Shown: in pieces, positions 11,858 through 24,920 of the stretch
Position numbering within the stretch: position 1 is the first letter of the stretch
Layout: each line of letters starts with the position of its first letter
Assembly: GCA_951406725.2 (NCBI GenBank)
Contig: OX597833.1
Coordinates: 54,994,001 to 55,058,000 of the forward strand
Direction of reading: 5' to 3'
Source: Octopus vulgaris
Taxonomy: Eukaryota
DNA length: 64,000 bases
Program-made: the position numbers and the translations under genes
Notes under the pieces: generated by a model
What the model saw: the letters and a program-made list of their open reading frames with translations, nothing else
What the model was told of the DNA's origin: nothing
Database searches by the model: none

Positions 11858-12895
11858 AATATAATTAGATTTGAAGTTTAAAAAAAAAAAAGAAAAAGAA
11901 AACAGCTAATACAAAGAAACAATTATAAGAAGCAGAAGAATAAAAAGAAAGAAAGAAAAGATGAATAAACAAAAGAAAGCAATTTCTCAGTGTTTTAAAG
12001 AAAGCGCCACGAAAATTCAACTGTACAATTGAAGAGATGCTGTTTGTTTTTAGAACAATTGAACAAAAAAAAAAAAGAGATTAATGAGAAATGGAAGTGT
12101 AGGTGGGGTAGGGGTGAGGGGGGGGAATACAGAACAAAGAACAAAAAGAAAATGAAAAAAGTCTTTACTATACATAAAACAGGTTAATAAATACACATAC
12201 ACACACATACATACATACATACACGCGTACGTTTGCAGATGCACACACAGGTGCATGTACGCAAGCATACGCACACGCACTTTGCTAGTTGACATTACTG
12301 CCAGTCTGCGTAGTGTTTTTGTTTTTGTTTTTTTTTGTTTTTTTTTTGTGTTTTTTTTTTTTTTTTATTTTGTAAAAGTTGACTGCAGGCATTGTTTGAT
12401 GTTGCAATGTACTTAATGCACTGGGAATTGCCGGTTCACAGCCAGCCTGCTTCAAATGTCTCTCCGCACTGCACTCGTGTGTACTCGTGACTTGAAAGAT
12501 GGAGTTTGGTACTACAAACTGAATCTCCGTCTGTCTGTCAGTCTCTCTCTTTCTTTCTCTCTCTCTCTCTCACACACACATACACACGCAGCAGTTATTG
12601 TTGCTATCAAGTTGTCTACTAAAGGTGATTGACCACTAATATCTTTCTTAGCAGCTAATTTTCATTAAACCTACAAAGTGGCTGTGGCTGTGTGGTTAAG
12701 GAGTTTTCTTTCAAACTACATGGTTCTCAGTTCAGTTCCACCTCATGGCAACATGAGCAAATGTCTTCTACTAGAGCCCCAGGCCGACCAAGAGTTTGAG
12801 AGTGGATTGACAGAAACTGCTATTTCTAAATTTCAGTATGTGGTGAAGCAATTTGCTGAACCCTAATTATAATTATGCTTATAATTATAGAATTT

Positions 12896-12933
<38 letters not shown>

Positions 12934-12934
12934 C

Positions 12935-13350
12935 TTTCTCTTTCTCTTTTTCTCTTTTTACTTGTTTCAGTCATTTGACTGCGGCCATGCTGGAGCACCG
13001 CCTTTAATCGAGCAACTCGACCCCGGGACTTATTCTTTGTAAGCCCAGTACTTATTCTATCGGTCTCTTTTTTGCCGAACCGCTAAGTGACGGGGACGTA
13101 AACACACCAGCATCGGTTGTCAAGCAATGCTAGGGGAACAAACACAGACACACAAACAAACACATATATATATATATACATATATACGACAGGCTTCTTT
13201 CAGTTTCCGTCTACCAAATCCACTCACAAGGCATTGGTCGGCCCGGGGCTATAGCAGAAGACACTTGCCCAAGATACCACGCAGTGGGACTGAACCCGGA
13301 ACCATGTGGCTGGTTAGCAAGCTACTTACCACACAGCCACTCCTGCGCCT
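12935..13350 (-). mobile_element. SINE family A, full length
   Basis: A-box TGGCTGTGTGG, B-box GGTTCAGTCCC, CORE-like CTTGGGCAAGT, central (TA/TG)n, and AAGTAAAAGAG tail. Confidence 0.92.
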
Positions 13351-13351
13351 A

Positions 13352-13385
<34 letters not shown>

Positions 13386-13689
13386 CTTGTTTCAGCACAG
13401 AGCTGCGGCCATGCTGATAAAAGCATTAATAAATCTCTGAACGAGGTATAAACAGTAGCTGCACGACATCGTGAAGTATATTTGCCGCTTAAATGTGGCT
13501 AACCCCTAAGGGTGGATGCTACTGTAGCTTGTAGCCCCAGGAGGACACCCCCTCCAGCTGGAGGAGGTGTCCTCCTGGAGACATATATCCATACATACAT
13601 ACACACACACACACACGTACATACACACATATGGATATGTATAGCTTTGATTTTTCATTTGCTTCAGTCATTGAGATCGTTGCCAGAGC

Positions 13690-14073
13690 AACAAACTGGC
13701 CTTCGTGCCGATGGCACATTAAGCACTCCATTCGAGCGTGATTGTTACCGCGTCGCCTTAGTAGCACTTGTTCTGGTGGCACATGAAACATTCGAGCGAG
13801 GTCATCGCCAGTGCCGCTGGACTGGCCACCTGTGCAGGTGGCACGTAAAAAGCACTATTTGGACATGGCCGTTGCCAGTACCACCAAACTGGCCCTCGTG
13901 CCGGTGGCACGTAAAAGCACCCACTACACTCTCGAAGTGGTTGGCGTTAGGAAGGGCATCCAGCTGTAGAAGAAACTCTGCCAGATCTGATTGGAGTCTG
14001 GTTCGCCAGACTGCAGTCAAATCGTCCAACCCATGCTAGCATGGAAACCGGACTTTAAATGATGATGATGATG
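13690..14073 (+). mobile_element. Family C (RTE-like LINE 3' UTR)
   Basis: GGTGGCACGTAAAAGCAC repeats, GGAAGGGCATCCAGC, CCCATGCTAGCATGG and an (ATG)n tail. Confidence 0.85.
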
Positions 14074-14274
14074 GTTTGACTGTAGCCATGCAGGAGTGCC
14101 AACTTAAAGGGTTTTAGTTAGACAAATTGAACCCATGACTTACTTCTGTTTTTTTTTTTTTGAAGGCCTAGTATTTCTATCAGTCTCTATTTGCTGACCT
14201 GCTTAGTTACAGGGACATAAACACACCGATACAAGTTGTCAGGTGGTGGTGGGAAACAAACACAAGCAAAAAGG

Positions 14275-14547
14275 CCGCCTTGACTGGCTTCCGTGCCGGT
14301 GGCACGTAAAAAGCACCAATCCGATCATGGCCATTGCCAGCCTAGCCTAGCACCTGTGCCAGTGGCACGTAAAAAGCACCCACTACACTCACGGAGTGGT
14401 TGGCGTTAGGAAGGGCATCCAGCTGTAGAAACACTGCCAGATCTCACTGGAACCTGGTGCAGCCTCCTGGCTTACCAGACCCCAGTTGAACCGTCCAACC
14501 CATGCTAGCATGGAGAACGGACATTAAACAATGATGATGATGATGAT
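14275..14547 (+). mobile_element. Family C (RTE-like LINE 3' UTR)
   Basis: Same motifs and (ATG)n tail as other C copies. Confidence 0.85.
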
Positions 14548-15027
14548 ACAACTGGCTCCTTTCAGTTTCTGTATACCAACTTCACTCACAAGGCCCGACG
14601 CCATAGTAGAAGACACTTGCCCAAGTTGTCACGCAGTGGGACTGAACCCGGAACCATGCAGTTGGGAATCAAGCTTCTTACCACACAGCCACAGCTGCAT
14701 ATATATGTGGGTGTGTACTTGCGTTGTGTATACGCTTGTGTCTCTTTGATGTCACATTGCGTGATAATTGTAAATAAGCGTAACTGTTGTCGTGTGAGCA
14801 GCGTCGTACATTTCCTACGTTCAAAGAAAACATGTCTGGTCATGGGAAATTTCACGTAACCTAGAAACGGGTATGGGTTGGTGACTGGGAGGGCGTCCAG
14901 CCGTCGGAAACTCCGGACTCGATAAACTCCCATCCGAGCCCTGCGAGTGTGGAAAGGTTGATGTTAGAACGAACGATTTAATAGCTTTCCAGAAAGTTTT
15001 CCTTTTGCCTTGTAGATCTTAGCAACC

Positions 15028-15258
15028 TATTTCTTTATTACCCACAAGGGGCTAAACACAGAAGGGACAAACAAGAACAGACATAGGTATTAAGTCGATT
15101 ACATCGACCCCAGTGCGTAACTGGTACTTAATTTATCGACCCCGAAAGGATGAAAGGCAAAGTCGACCTCGGCGGAATTTGAACTCACAACGTAACGGCA
15201 GACGAAATACCGCTAAGCATTTCGCCCGGCGTGCTAACGTTTCTGCCAGCTCGCCGCC
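15028..15258 (-). mobile_element. SINE family B, full length with TSD
   Basis: Head GGCGGCGAGCTGGCAGAAACG, B-box GAGTTCAAATTCC, body GCCTTTCATCCTTTCGGGGTCGATAAATTAAGTACC. TSD TTGTAGATCTTAGCAACC at 15010-15027 and 15261-15278. Confidence 0.93.
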
Positions 15259-15789
15259 TTTTGTAGATCTTAGCAACCGGCAGCGTGTACCATTGGTGGT
15301 GCTCTGTACCTGAATTGTGTCTTTGTGTTAGTCTTGTTTCGAACATCGTGACTAATTGTTAGGCTTATCTTTTCTTATATATGCTAGGGTGGGCAAGGTA
15401 TATATATAATAAATGCTGACATAGAAGTCGGCGAAATGAGTTTTTAACATGAAATGAGTAATTAACTTCAAAGTCAAATTTCTAGATCGCTGGTTTTCCA
15501 ATGAATTTTTATTATTATTATTATTATTATTTTTTTTTTTTTTGATTTTTTTTGATTTCATGTTGCATCAGAAATCAAATGAGAAATTGCTGATGCACTT
15601 TGCTTTGAAAGTTTAAAAAAATAAAATAAGATAAAATAAAATAAAATAAAATAAAATAAAAAGGAAAGTTAAAAGTTAAAAAACATGCTGAACTTTTTGT
15701 CGCTCCTTGTTTTGTGAGTCATATAGAATTATAACTAACAGGTTTTTCAAGGCAGCCAAGTGTGAGTGTGAGTATGTGTGCATGTGTAT

Positions 15790-15875
<86 letters not shown>

Positions 15876-16582
15876 ATATGTATTTGCAATAATGAAGTCA
15901 AATCAAATAGTGATATTTTGAAACTGTTGAATTGCATATATTTCATATCTGCATAATATACAACAGGAAATGCATCCAATTCGTATTAAATTATTTCAAT
16001 ATATCACAATTGGGTTGGACTTTATTATTGCAACCTATATGACTTCATGTCAGAGCAAACTAGTCAGTACAGGCTCGACATATGCAGATACTCTTAACAA
16101 TGATTTGCAGTAGTTTGTTATATTGGACTTGAGTCGATTATATATATATGATATATATATTATCAACAAGAGTGTCCAGTAAAATCCAGGATGGTAATGT
16201 CAAAGAAGTGTTAAGTTCCTGTGATAATCCTGGTGATGGTAAAGTGGTTCAGGAGAGGTACCAAAGGTGTGAGAAGAAGGCAGAAGAGAGATGGGTCTAA
16301 GAGAGGAGGAAGTTCAAACTGACAGGATCAAATTAGGGGCCATCAACCTTTCCTTCTTGTCAATTCAACATGCAAAGGTGTTTATCCAAGCAGCAACTGG
16401 GCAGTTAACCCCACCTTGGAAAGGAAAGCCCATTTTGGTGTTGAGTGTCGAAAACTGGGTTTTATGAGTCCTCGGGCTAATGATAGAAGTGAAATCATGA
16501 AGCTGTTTCTATGAACTTATGCAGCTGTGGTTAGGGTTAGGGTTAGTAATTCTTGCCTTTATTTAACATACTCCACCCACAC

Positions 16583-16970
16583 AGGTGCAGGTGTGGCTGT
16601 GTCGTAAAAAGCTTGCTTCCCAACCACATGACTCTGGGTTCAGTCCTGCTGCATGCCACCTTGGGCAAGTGTTTTCTACTATAGTCGTGTGTTGGCCAAT
16701 GCTTTGTGAGTGGATTTGGTAGCTAGAAACTGAAAGAAGCCTGTCTTATATGTGTGTGTGTGTATTTGTGTCCCCCACCACCTGGCAACAGGTGTTGGTG
16801 TGTTTGAATCCCTGTAACCTAGTGGTTCAGCAGAAGAGACTGATAGAATAAGTACCTACCTTGAAAAAGCAAGTGCTAGGGTTGATTCATTCGATTAAAA
16901 ATTCCAGGCACTGCTCCAGCATGGCCACTGTCAAATGACTGAAACAAATAATACATAAAAGATAAAAGAT
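16583..16970 (+). mobile_element. SINE family A, older diverged copy
   Basis: Colinear match to the A consensus from GGTGCAGGTGTGGCTGTG to AAATGACTGAAACAAA. Confidence 0.85.
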
Positions 16971-17220
16971 ACTCCCCCCTACACACATAGTGCTTTAATT
17001 ATCTGATGATGCTACCCCCAGCCATTTTTTATTGTGACCATTTCTCCCAACCACTATGTGTACCCATCTACCAATGTTTTTTTGGGGTTTTTTTTTTGCA
17101 ATTTTTAGTCAAGTTTAGGTGTCCATAACCCTTTACAGGGCCCACGAGACTAGTAGGTTGGAGGGAGGAAGAGAATGTAGACTCTGCTAAAGGCGTCCAG
17201 GGTACCAGGGTCTGATGTTG

Positions 17221-17790
17221 AACCGAATGACAGATTAAGTGACCCTAGCCTACCCAAGTAAGCTTCTTTGAGATTTGAACTCTGTGTGCAGAACATTGGA
17301 GCAAATACTGCAAGACATCTGCTTTAGCATTCTTAGAATTCTTCCAATCCACCATTGAAGGACTGGCAGTTTTTATTAACTTCTGAATGAAAAGTCATGT
17401 TGACCGTGGCCAGATTTGAACTCAGTGCCCAAAGGATTGGAACTGAATGATTAAGTGACCCTAGCCTACCCAAGTAAGCTTCTTTGAGATTTGAACTCAG
17501 TGTGCAGAACATTGGAGCAAATACTGCAAGGCATCCGCTTGGCAGTTTTTATCAACTTCTGAATGAAAAGTCATGTTGACCGTGGCCAGATTTGAATTCA
17601 GTGCCCAAAGGATTGGAACTGAATGATTAAGTGACCCTAGCCTACCCAAGTAAGCTTCTTTGAGATTTGAACTCAGTGTGCAGAACATTGGAGCAAATAC
17701 TGCAAGGCATCCGCTTGGCAGTTTTTATCAACTTTTGAATGAAAAGTCATGTTGACCGTGGCCAGATTTGAACTCAGTGCCCAAAGGATT
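17221..17790. repeat. Tandem repeat, ~3 x 176 bp, built from degenerate SINE B pieces
   Basis: GATTAAGTGACCCTAGCCTACCCAAGTAAGCTTCTTTGAGATTTGAACTC recurs near 17233, 17449 and 17625. The first unit carries ~40 extra bp. Confidence 0.9.
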
Positions 17791-17857
17791 GTAACAAATG
17801 CCACAAGGCATTTTACCCAACAATCTCAACAACTCTAATAATTTGCCACCCTCACTC

Positions 17858-17901
<44 letters not shown>

Positions 17902-18842
17902 TTTTCTAGTCTTTTGCCTTAATGTTAAAAAGTAGTGCATTGACCAACTTTTAAGCATGAGATTGTTTACAAGGTACCCCAAATATTTTGATGTTCCTGC
18001 ATTAACAATTTACTGAATTCTTCCTCTGTAGGAACTACATCTGTGTGAATGTTTATTCCATCTCTACCCGCTTGTGTTTTTCTCTTCAAACATTGATCTT
18101 CAAGAGTTCAAACCGAAACTGTTTAACTATTTAAACAAACCTCCTCCAATTTCTCTCTTCCTCTTTTTCTGTCTCTACTCTCTCTCTCTCTACTCTCTCT
18201 GTCTCTACTCTCTCTCTCTGTCTCTACTTTCTACTCTTTCTCTCTCTCTCTCTCTGGAGGACCTGAAAAATAAGCAATATTACTCTGTTAAGAGATTGCA
18301 TATGATAAACTACAACTACATGTTTATCTTTTGCTTGTTTCAGTCATTGGGCTGCGACCATGCTGGGGCACTGCTTTAAAGGGATTTAGACAAATAGATC
18401 GACACCTAGTACTTATTATTGTATCGATCTTTTTTGTTGAACCACTAAGTTATGTTTATGTAAACAAACTGACATTGGTTGTTGAGTATGTGGATGTAAG
18501 CACAAAGATGCATGTGCAGTGCAGGATCAACACAGTTTCCATCTATAAGATTCATCCGCATGGCACTGGTTGACTCTAGGCAACAGTAGAAGACTCTTAC
18601 CCCAAGGTGCCACGTAGTGGGATTCAGTTCAAAACCACGTGGCTGCAAAGTGAGTCTCTTAACCACACAACCAAGCGTAGCCGAGTCTATATGGCATTTG
18701 TTTTTTAATATTCAACTGTGAACTGTGCAGTAGTATTTGGTAGATCTAGATGTGTCCTAATTCCTGGCTCTTGAAGACTAGTGGCTAACTTCAGTTCTAT
18801 TGCATGAAGAACGGTAAATCTCTCCCAGGATAATATACCAGT

Positions 18843-19290
18843 CATCATCATCGTTTAATGTCCGCTTTCCATGCTAGCATTGGTTGGACGATTTGACTGA
18901 GGTCTGGCGAACCAGATGGTTGCACCAGGCTCCAATCTGATCTGGCAGAGTTTCTACAACTGGATGCCCTTCCTAACACCAACCACTCCGAGCGTGTCGT
19001 GAACGCTTTTATGTGCCACTGGCATGAGGGCCAGTCAGGTGGTACTGGCAATAGCCACGCTCAAATGGTGCTTTTTATGTGCCACCTGCACAGGAGCCAG
19101 TCCAGCGGCACTGGCAACAACCTCACTTAAATGTTTTTTCATGTAACACCAGCACAAGTGCCAGTAAGGCGACACTGGTAATGATCACGTTCAAATGGTG
19201 CTTTTTTCGTGCCATCGGTACGGAGGCCAGCTTGTTGCTCTGGCAACAATCACACTCGTATGGTAGTCTTAGTGCTCCACTAGCATGGAT
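18843..19290 (-). mobile_element. Family C (RTE-like LINE 3' UTR)
   Basis: (CAT)n-GTTTAATGTCCGCTTTCCATGCTAGCAT...GGATGCCCTTCCTAAC, followed by TTTTATGTGCCAC repeats. Confidence 0.85.
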
Positions 19291-19981
19291 GCCAAGAAAA
19301 CTGTAACTCTATTCAGTGATGGATCATCCACTTTTTAGTAAGTTAATGAACTGGAGCAATGTAGAATAAAGTGTCCTACGCAAGATTGGTCAAAGTTGTG
19401 TCCGATTTCATCCCGTCTCCAATTATTTGGCAATAAAATGCAAATGGTGTATGATAAAACACACCTAGCATGAACTAAGTGCATTTTATCATACCCTCAT
19501 CTTTCATCTACATAGTAGATATTATATCTTCCTAGCAGATACAGACCTCATTGTATTGTGAAAGCGTGTGCTTCCCATTCACATATGGTTTTGGGTTTAG
19601 TCTTCTTCTGTAGTCTTGAATTGGCCAAAGCCTCATGAATAGGTTTGGTAGATGCAAAATGAAAGCTGTGTGTGTGTGTTTTACAACAACATGACTCTAG
19701 GTTCAATTTTACTACAGGGCTCCTCTCTCCAATTCCTTCTTCTATATCTTTCGGCTCACCTATACTTTGTGGGTAGCATTTGTGTTCAGTGGGTGTCAGC
19801 ATCATACGAGAGTGTGATGTGTATGCAGTCTACTGTGAAAATGTGTGGTCATGAGGGAAATTTTTACTTTTCTTTGAAATAAGTGGAAGGTTGGTGAGAG
19901 AAAGGACATTCAGCCATAGAAAATCTGCTTCAATGAATTTCATCTGACCCATGCAAGCATGGAAAAGTGGACGTTAGAAAA

Positions 19982-20019
<38 letters not shown>

Positions 20020-20907
20020 AAACAAGTATAAAAAAGGGGGCCCAGTGTATGTTTTTTTTTTCTTGTAGTCTTTTATCTCCTAATTAATATAAGTAATTAA
20101 TCAAAAACTTAATTTTCTTTCTATATCAATCCAAGAAGAAATAGTTTCTGTATCTACTGCAAAATGAAGCAAAAAACAAAAACAAAAAAAATCACAGCAA
20201 AAAGAAAAAAAAATCAAAAACAATGCTTGGTTTCATAAAATAATTTATCACAATATTAATTTGATATCTCCTGTTGCTGTTTCCCATGCATGCACTGATT
20301 TAATCACACCATTTACCATAATTGGCTGATGATTTGTAAATAATTAGTTTAACATTTAACCCTTTGTTTCTTGTAATATAAATAAAAGATCGGGCATTGT
20401 AATATTCTTTCAGGTAAACAACTTTTTTGTTGTTTTCAAATAATTTAATTATGTAAATTACTTCATAATTAACATAATTCAGTTTCATATATCATATCCT
20501 ACAAACATTATTTTCTGGAACATTTAAAAAAAATTTCTGCTGTAAATCATTTTTGGTGAAGGAAGTTGGCGCTGGTGTTAAGGAGTTTGGTTTGTAATCA
20601 TATATAGGTTCAGTTTCTGGACTGGACAAAGGCCATTATGTCTTTGAATAAAGTACATCATTTCATGTTGCTCTAGTCTAACCAACTGCAATTATCCCCA
20701 CCCCTCACTCCAGTGGTCACCTCCTCTGGGTGATGGATGGAATGTCTGAGATGTCTCTGTCTGTTATGATTACATAGGCACTTAAATTTGTTAGCAGAAC
20801 CATTCATATTTCCAAATCATACTTGCATGCATGTACTTCCTGGAACTTTTTTTCTTTTTATTTCTGCTGTAAATCATTTTGTGGTAAAGGAAGTTGATGT
20901 TGGTGTT

Positions 20908-21268
20908 GCTATTGCTGTTGAGTGAACGGTCTTCATCCCAGAGCTCGCGTGGTTCTTTGCTATTCGTAAGACCCGCAGAAGAGAAAGCAGGTCAACCCCC
21001 CCCGACACCGAGAGCATCGACGGATGGATGAATGCGCATCCAGGCTCAGCTGTTGCGTAGGAAGTCGGGGATAAGAAACAGGCAGAAAGAGTGAGAGAAA
21101 GTTGGGGCGAAAGAGTACGACATGGGTCACCACCACCCCCTGCTGGGGCCTCGTGGAGCTTTAGGTGTTTTCGCTCAATAAACACACACAACGCCCGGTC
21201 TGGGAATCAAAACCGTGATCCTCCGATCGTGAGGCCGCTGCCCTAACCATTGGGCCATTGCGCCTCCA
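20908..21268 (-). mobile_element. SINE family D (tRNA-derived head) with TSD, tail type 1
   Basis: Head GGAGGCGCAATGGCCCAATGGTTAGGGCAGCGG...GGTTTTGATTCCC. TSD ATGTTGGTGTT at 20897-20907 and 21272-21282. Confidence 0.9.
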
Positions 21269-21670
21269 CTAATGTTGGTGTTCAGGGGTTTGGCTTGTGA
21301 CCATAAAGTTGTAGGTTCAGTTTCTGGACAGGACGAGGGCCGGTGTGCCTTTGAACAAGGTACATCATTTCATGTTGCTATCTATCCAGCTGCTGTTAGT
21401 CTATTTTTCAGGTACTGATGTAACCTTCCCTCTCACCAATGGTCACATCAATTGGATGATAGAAGGAATGGCTGAGAAGATGCCTGTGTCTGTTAAGACT
21501 ATACCTAAAGCTGTTAGCAAAACCAAGATTCATATTTCCAAACCATACTTGCTTGCAAGTGATAGGTGGTTGTAATTTTTAAAAAATCTGTTTGTGCTGT
21601 TATTATTAATTGTAGTATAATTACAATGTTTCCAAAGTCTAATCACACTTTTTTTCTTATATATTTACAG

Positions 21671-21799
21671 AGAAAAATGGCTTATAATAATATCTACCTT
21701 GGAGTTAAACTATAAGTCTGAGAAATTTTTTGCCTTTGGTAGACTTAAAAAGATAATAATCCAGCAAAGTATGGTAAATAAATCAGCAACTACGTGAAG
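21671..21799 (+). other. Candidate spliced exon, probably non-coding (5' UTR or lncRNA)
   Basis: Acceptor TTTTTTCTTATATATTTACAG and strong donor GAAG|GTAAGA bound 129 nt of non-repeat sequence. All three frames contain stops. Confidence 0.3.
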
Positions 21800-22255
21800 G
21801 TAAGAGATGTTTTATTTTACACCTGGATTTTAAAAAATTATTTTCTTTTCTTCTTTTTCTTATTTTATTGCCACCATTCTACTACTAATTTATCACTATG
21901 ATTACTACCTCTGGCATGTCCATTGTTGGAATATGTTTGTGTTCACACACACACATTTTGGGTGGGTTTGCAAACTGTACATCTTCATGTGGATGCAAGC
22001 ATAGTCTATGGTCACACAGTAAAGGAGTTCTCTTTGCAACAACATGGCTCTAGGAACAATTTCACTACGGGGCACCTTTCTCCAATTTCTTCTTACCTAT
22101 CTCTCCGCTCACCTGTATTTTGTGGGTAGTATTTGGTTGTTGGAAACTGTATCAGAAGCCTGTTGTGTATATGTGTTTGTATGCAAATGCAAGAAAATCT
22201 ACAGAGTGGCACTTTACAAACAGAAGCCCACGAGGTAATTGTTCTGCATCTCTCC

Positions 22256-22622
22256 TCTTACTTACTTGTACTTGTGACGGTGTTCACCCAGGGCAGGTTG
22301 AGCCGGCTTCTTCTCTGGTCCTGACAGCATCATGAACCATGGTGGTCCACGCTCGACGGTCCCATGCGAGGTCACTGGAGATAGCGAGCCATTTGCAGTT
22401 CCATCTGCGTAGACCAACCACCTGCAGACCTGAGAGTTCGGAGAGGTCCTCCTTTATCATCGTTGCCCGGGTCTTCAGCTGCCTACCTGTGCGTTTGCGC
22501 TAGTTGGGAAGTGGAGGTGGGGGAGGCGGAACATTGCGAACCAGCTCACCCTCTGGACGCTGGGCTGCATGACCGAACCACCTTAAGTGCCGTTGTAGAA
22601 GCACTGAAGTAGGGGCTGAAGA
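22256..22622 (-). pseudogene. RTE-clade LINE 3' fragment with TSD
   Basis: Minus-strand translation gives QRHLRWFGHAAQRPEGEL...RKRTGRQLKT...DRRAW...EAGSTCPG*. Tail CAAGTACAAGTAAGTAAG; TSD TGCATCTCTCC at 22245-22255 and 22623-22633. Confidence 0.85.
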
Positions 22623-23192
22623 TGCATCTCTCCACATCTGAGGCTCGGTTGTTTCATCTATCCATTCCTAGCCATACTAGTTATTGTTGCATATCCAGTG
22701 GATCATGCTCATCTCATTCTTCTTCTTGGTTCTATCTAGTCTTTTGTATTTATAACCACATCTCACTATCATGCGACACTATTACATCTGTCGGTTTTTT
22801 AATCCAAGTTATATTCACAGGCATGGCTGTGTGGTAAGGAATTTGCTTCCCAATAACATGGCTCTGGGTTCAGTCCCACTGTGTAGCACTTTGGGCAAGT
22901 GTCTTCTACCATAGCCTTGAGCCAACTAAGTCTTTGGTAAGTGGATATGGTAGTTGGCTGCATCACAGATTTCTAAAAATCTGCATTAATTCATACACAT
23001 ACAAAATAAATGGACCAGATTAGAAAATATTCATGGTTATGACACCACTCCTCTTTTTTTTTTTTTGCCTGAAACAGCTGTAAAGATAAGATTTGATTAC
23101 ATCATTCATTTATTTATTTGTACATGCAACTTTCATTGTAAACAGATTCCTTATGGCTACTTTTATGTGCCCTTTTCACATATATATATGTA

Positions 23193-23809
<617 letters not shown>

Positions 23810-23810
<1 letters not shown>

Positions 23811-24400
23811 ATGAGGCAGTGCTGAAAAATTCCTGGTTTGAGTAAAAGAAAATACAAGAGAATCAGTTAATTATGATTTTATTCCAACATTGGCTGTGTG
23901 GTAAGTAGCTTGCTTACCAACCACATGGTTCCGGGTTCAATCCCACTGTGTGGCACCTTGGGCAAGTGTCTTCTACTACAGCCTCAGGCCGACCAAAGAC
24001 TTGTGAGTGGATTTGGTAGACAGAAACTGAAAGAAGCCCGTCGTATATATATATATATGTGTGTGTGTGTGTGCGTGTACGTTTGTGTGTCTGTGTTTGT
24101 CCCCCTAGCATTGCTTGACAACCGATGCTGGTGTGTTTATGTCCCCGTCACTTAGCGGTTCGGCAAAAGAGACCGATAGAATAAGTACTGGGCTTACAAA
24201 GAATAAGTCCCGGGGTCGATCTGCTCGACTAAAGGTGGTGCTCCAGCATGGCCGCAGTCAACTGACTGAAACAAGTAAAAGAGTAAAGAGTCTCAGATTC
24301 ACACACTTACTGCAGTTTTTTCTAAGTCCTGTAAACGAACTCAGAATGTTGGGCCTTCAACCAAACCTTTCACAATAACCTTACAGTACCACCTCCTTGT
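23810..24400. mobile_element. Probable mariner-type MITE split by a SINE A insertion
   Basis: TATGAGGCAGTGCTGAAAAATTCC start resembles mariner TACGAGG termini. The right end near 24385-24400 is degenerate. Confidence 0.35.
23891..24290 (+). mobile_element. SINE family A, near full length
   Basis: Close match to the consensus of the other A copies. Confidence 0.92.
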
Positions 24401-24920
24401 ATATGTCGCAAACCCCGTATCAAAGCTCAAACCTTGTATCCTTCATTTGTCTCAATCTGGTGCTTGTGATATCTAATACCAGCTATAGAGCAATGTGTTA
24501 CAAAATAGAGAATATCTTTAAAAAAGCTAAAATAAAAACTGATAGAAGAAGTTGAGGGAAAACCTTTTAACATACTTCCTTTAAAATAAAGAATAACCTA
24601 TTTAAATGAGTGTTTGTAATATGTTCCATTACTCTTTGAGATAATATGAGAGTGTTGTGTTACTATTGGATTTCTCTGAAAGCCATGTCTACAGTCTAAA
24701 AGATAACACTTCACAAGACAAATCAAATCAGAAAAATTTCTCTAAAATATAAAGTACGTTTTCTTGCAACTGGTACTGTTAAGCATGTGGATTTTCCTCT
24801 TTTTAACTTTTTTTTAAAGGAAATTTTAATTCTAAAGAATCTATCTATCTATGGCTGTCTGTCTGTCTCTCTCCCTCACTCTCTCTCTCTCTCTGTATAT
24901 ATATATATATATATATATAT

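Noticed and set aside
12430-12510. miR-2-like TCACAGCCAGC and miR-71-like TGAAAGA strings
   Set aside because: No complementary hairpin arms and only seed-length matches.
13127-13417. Recurrent ORF family (MLGGQTQTH..., EDTCPRCHAVGLNPEPCGW, FTCHRH...)
   Set aside because: Chance reading frames of SINE A and family C, not a protein family.
16529-16546. GGTTAGGGTTAGGGTTAG telomeric repeat
   Set aside because: Only about three units; too short to call an interstitial telomere.
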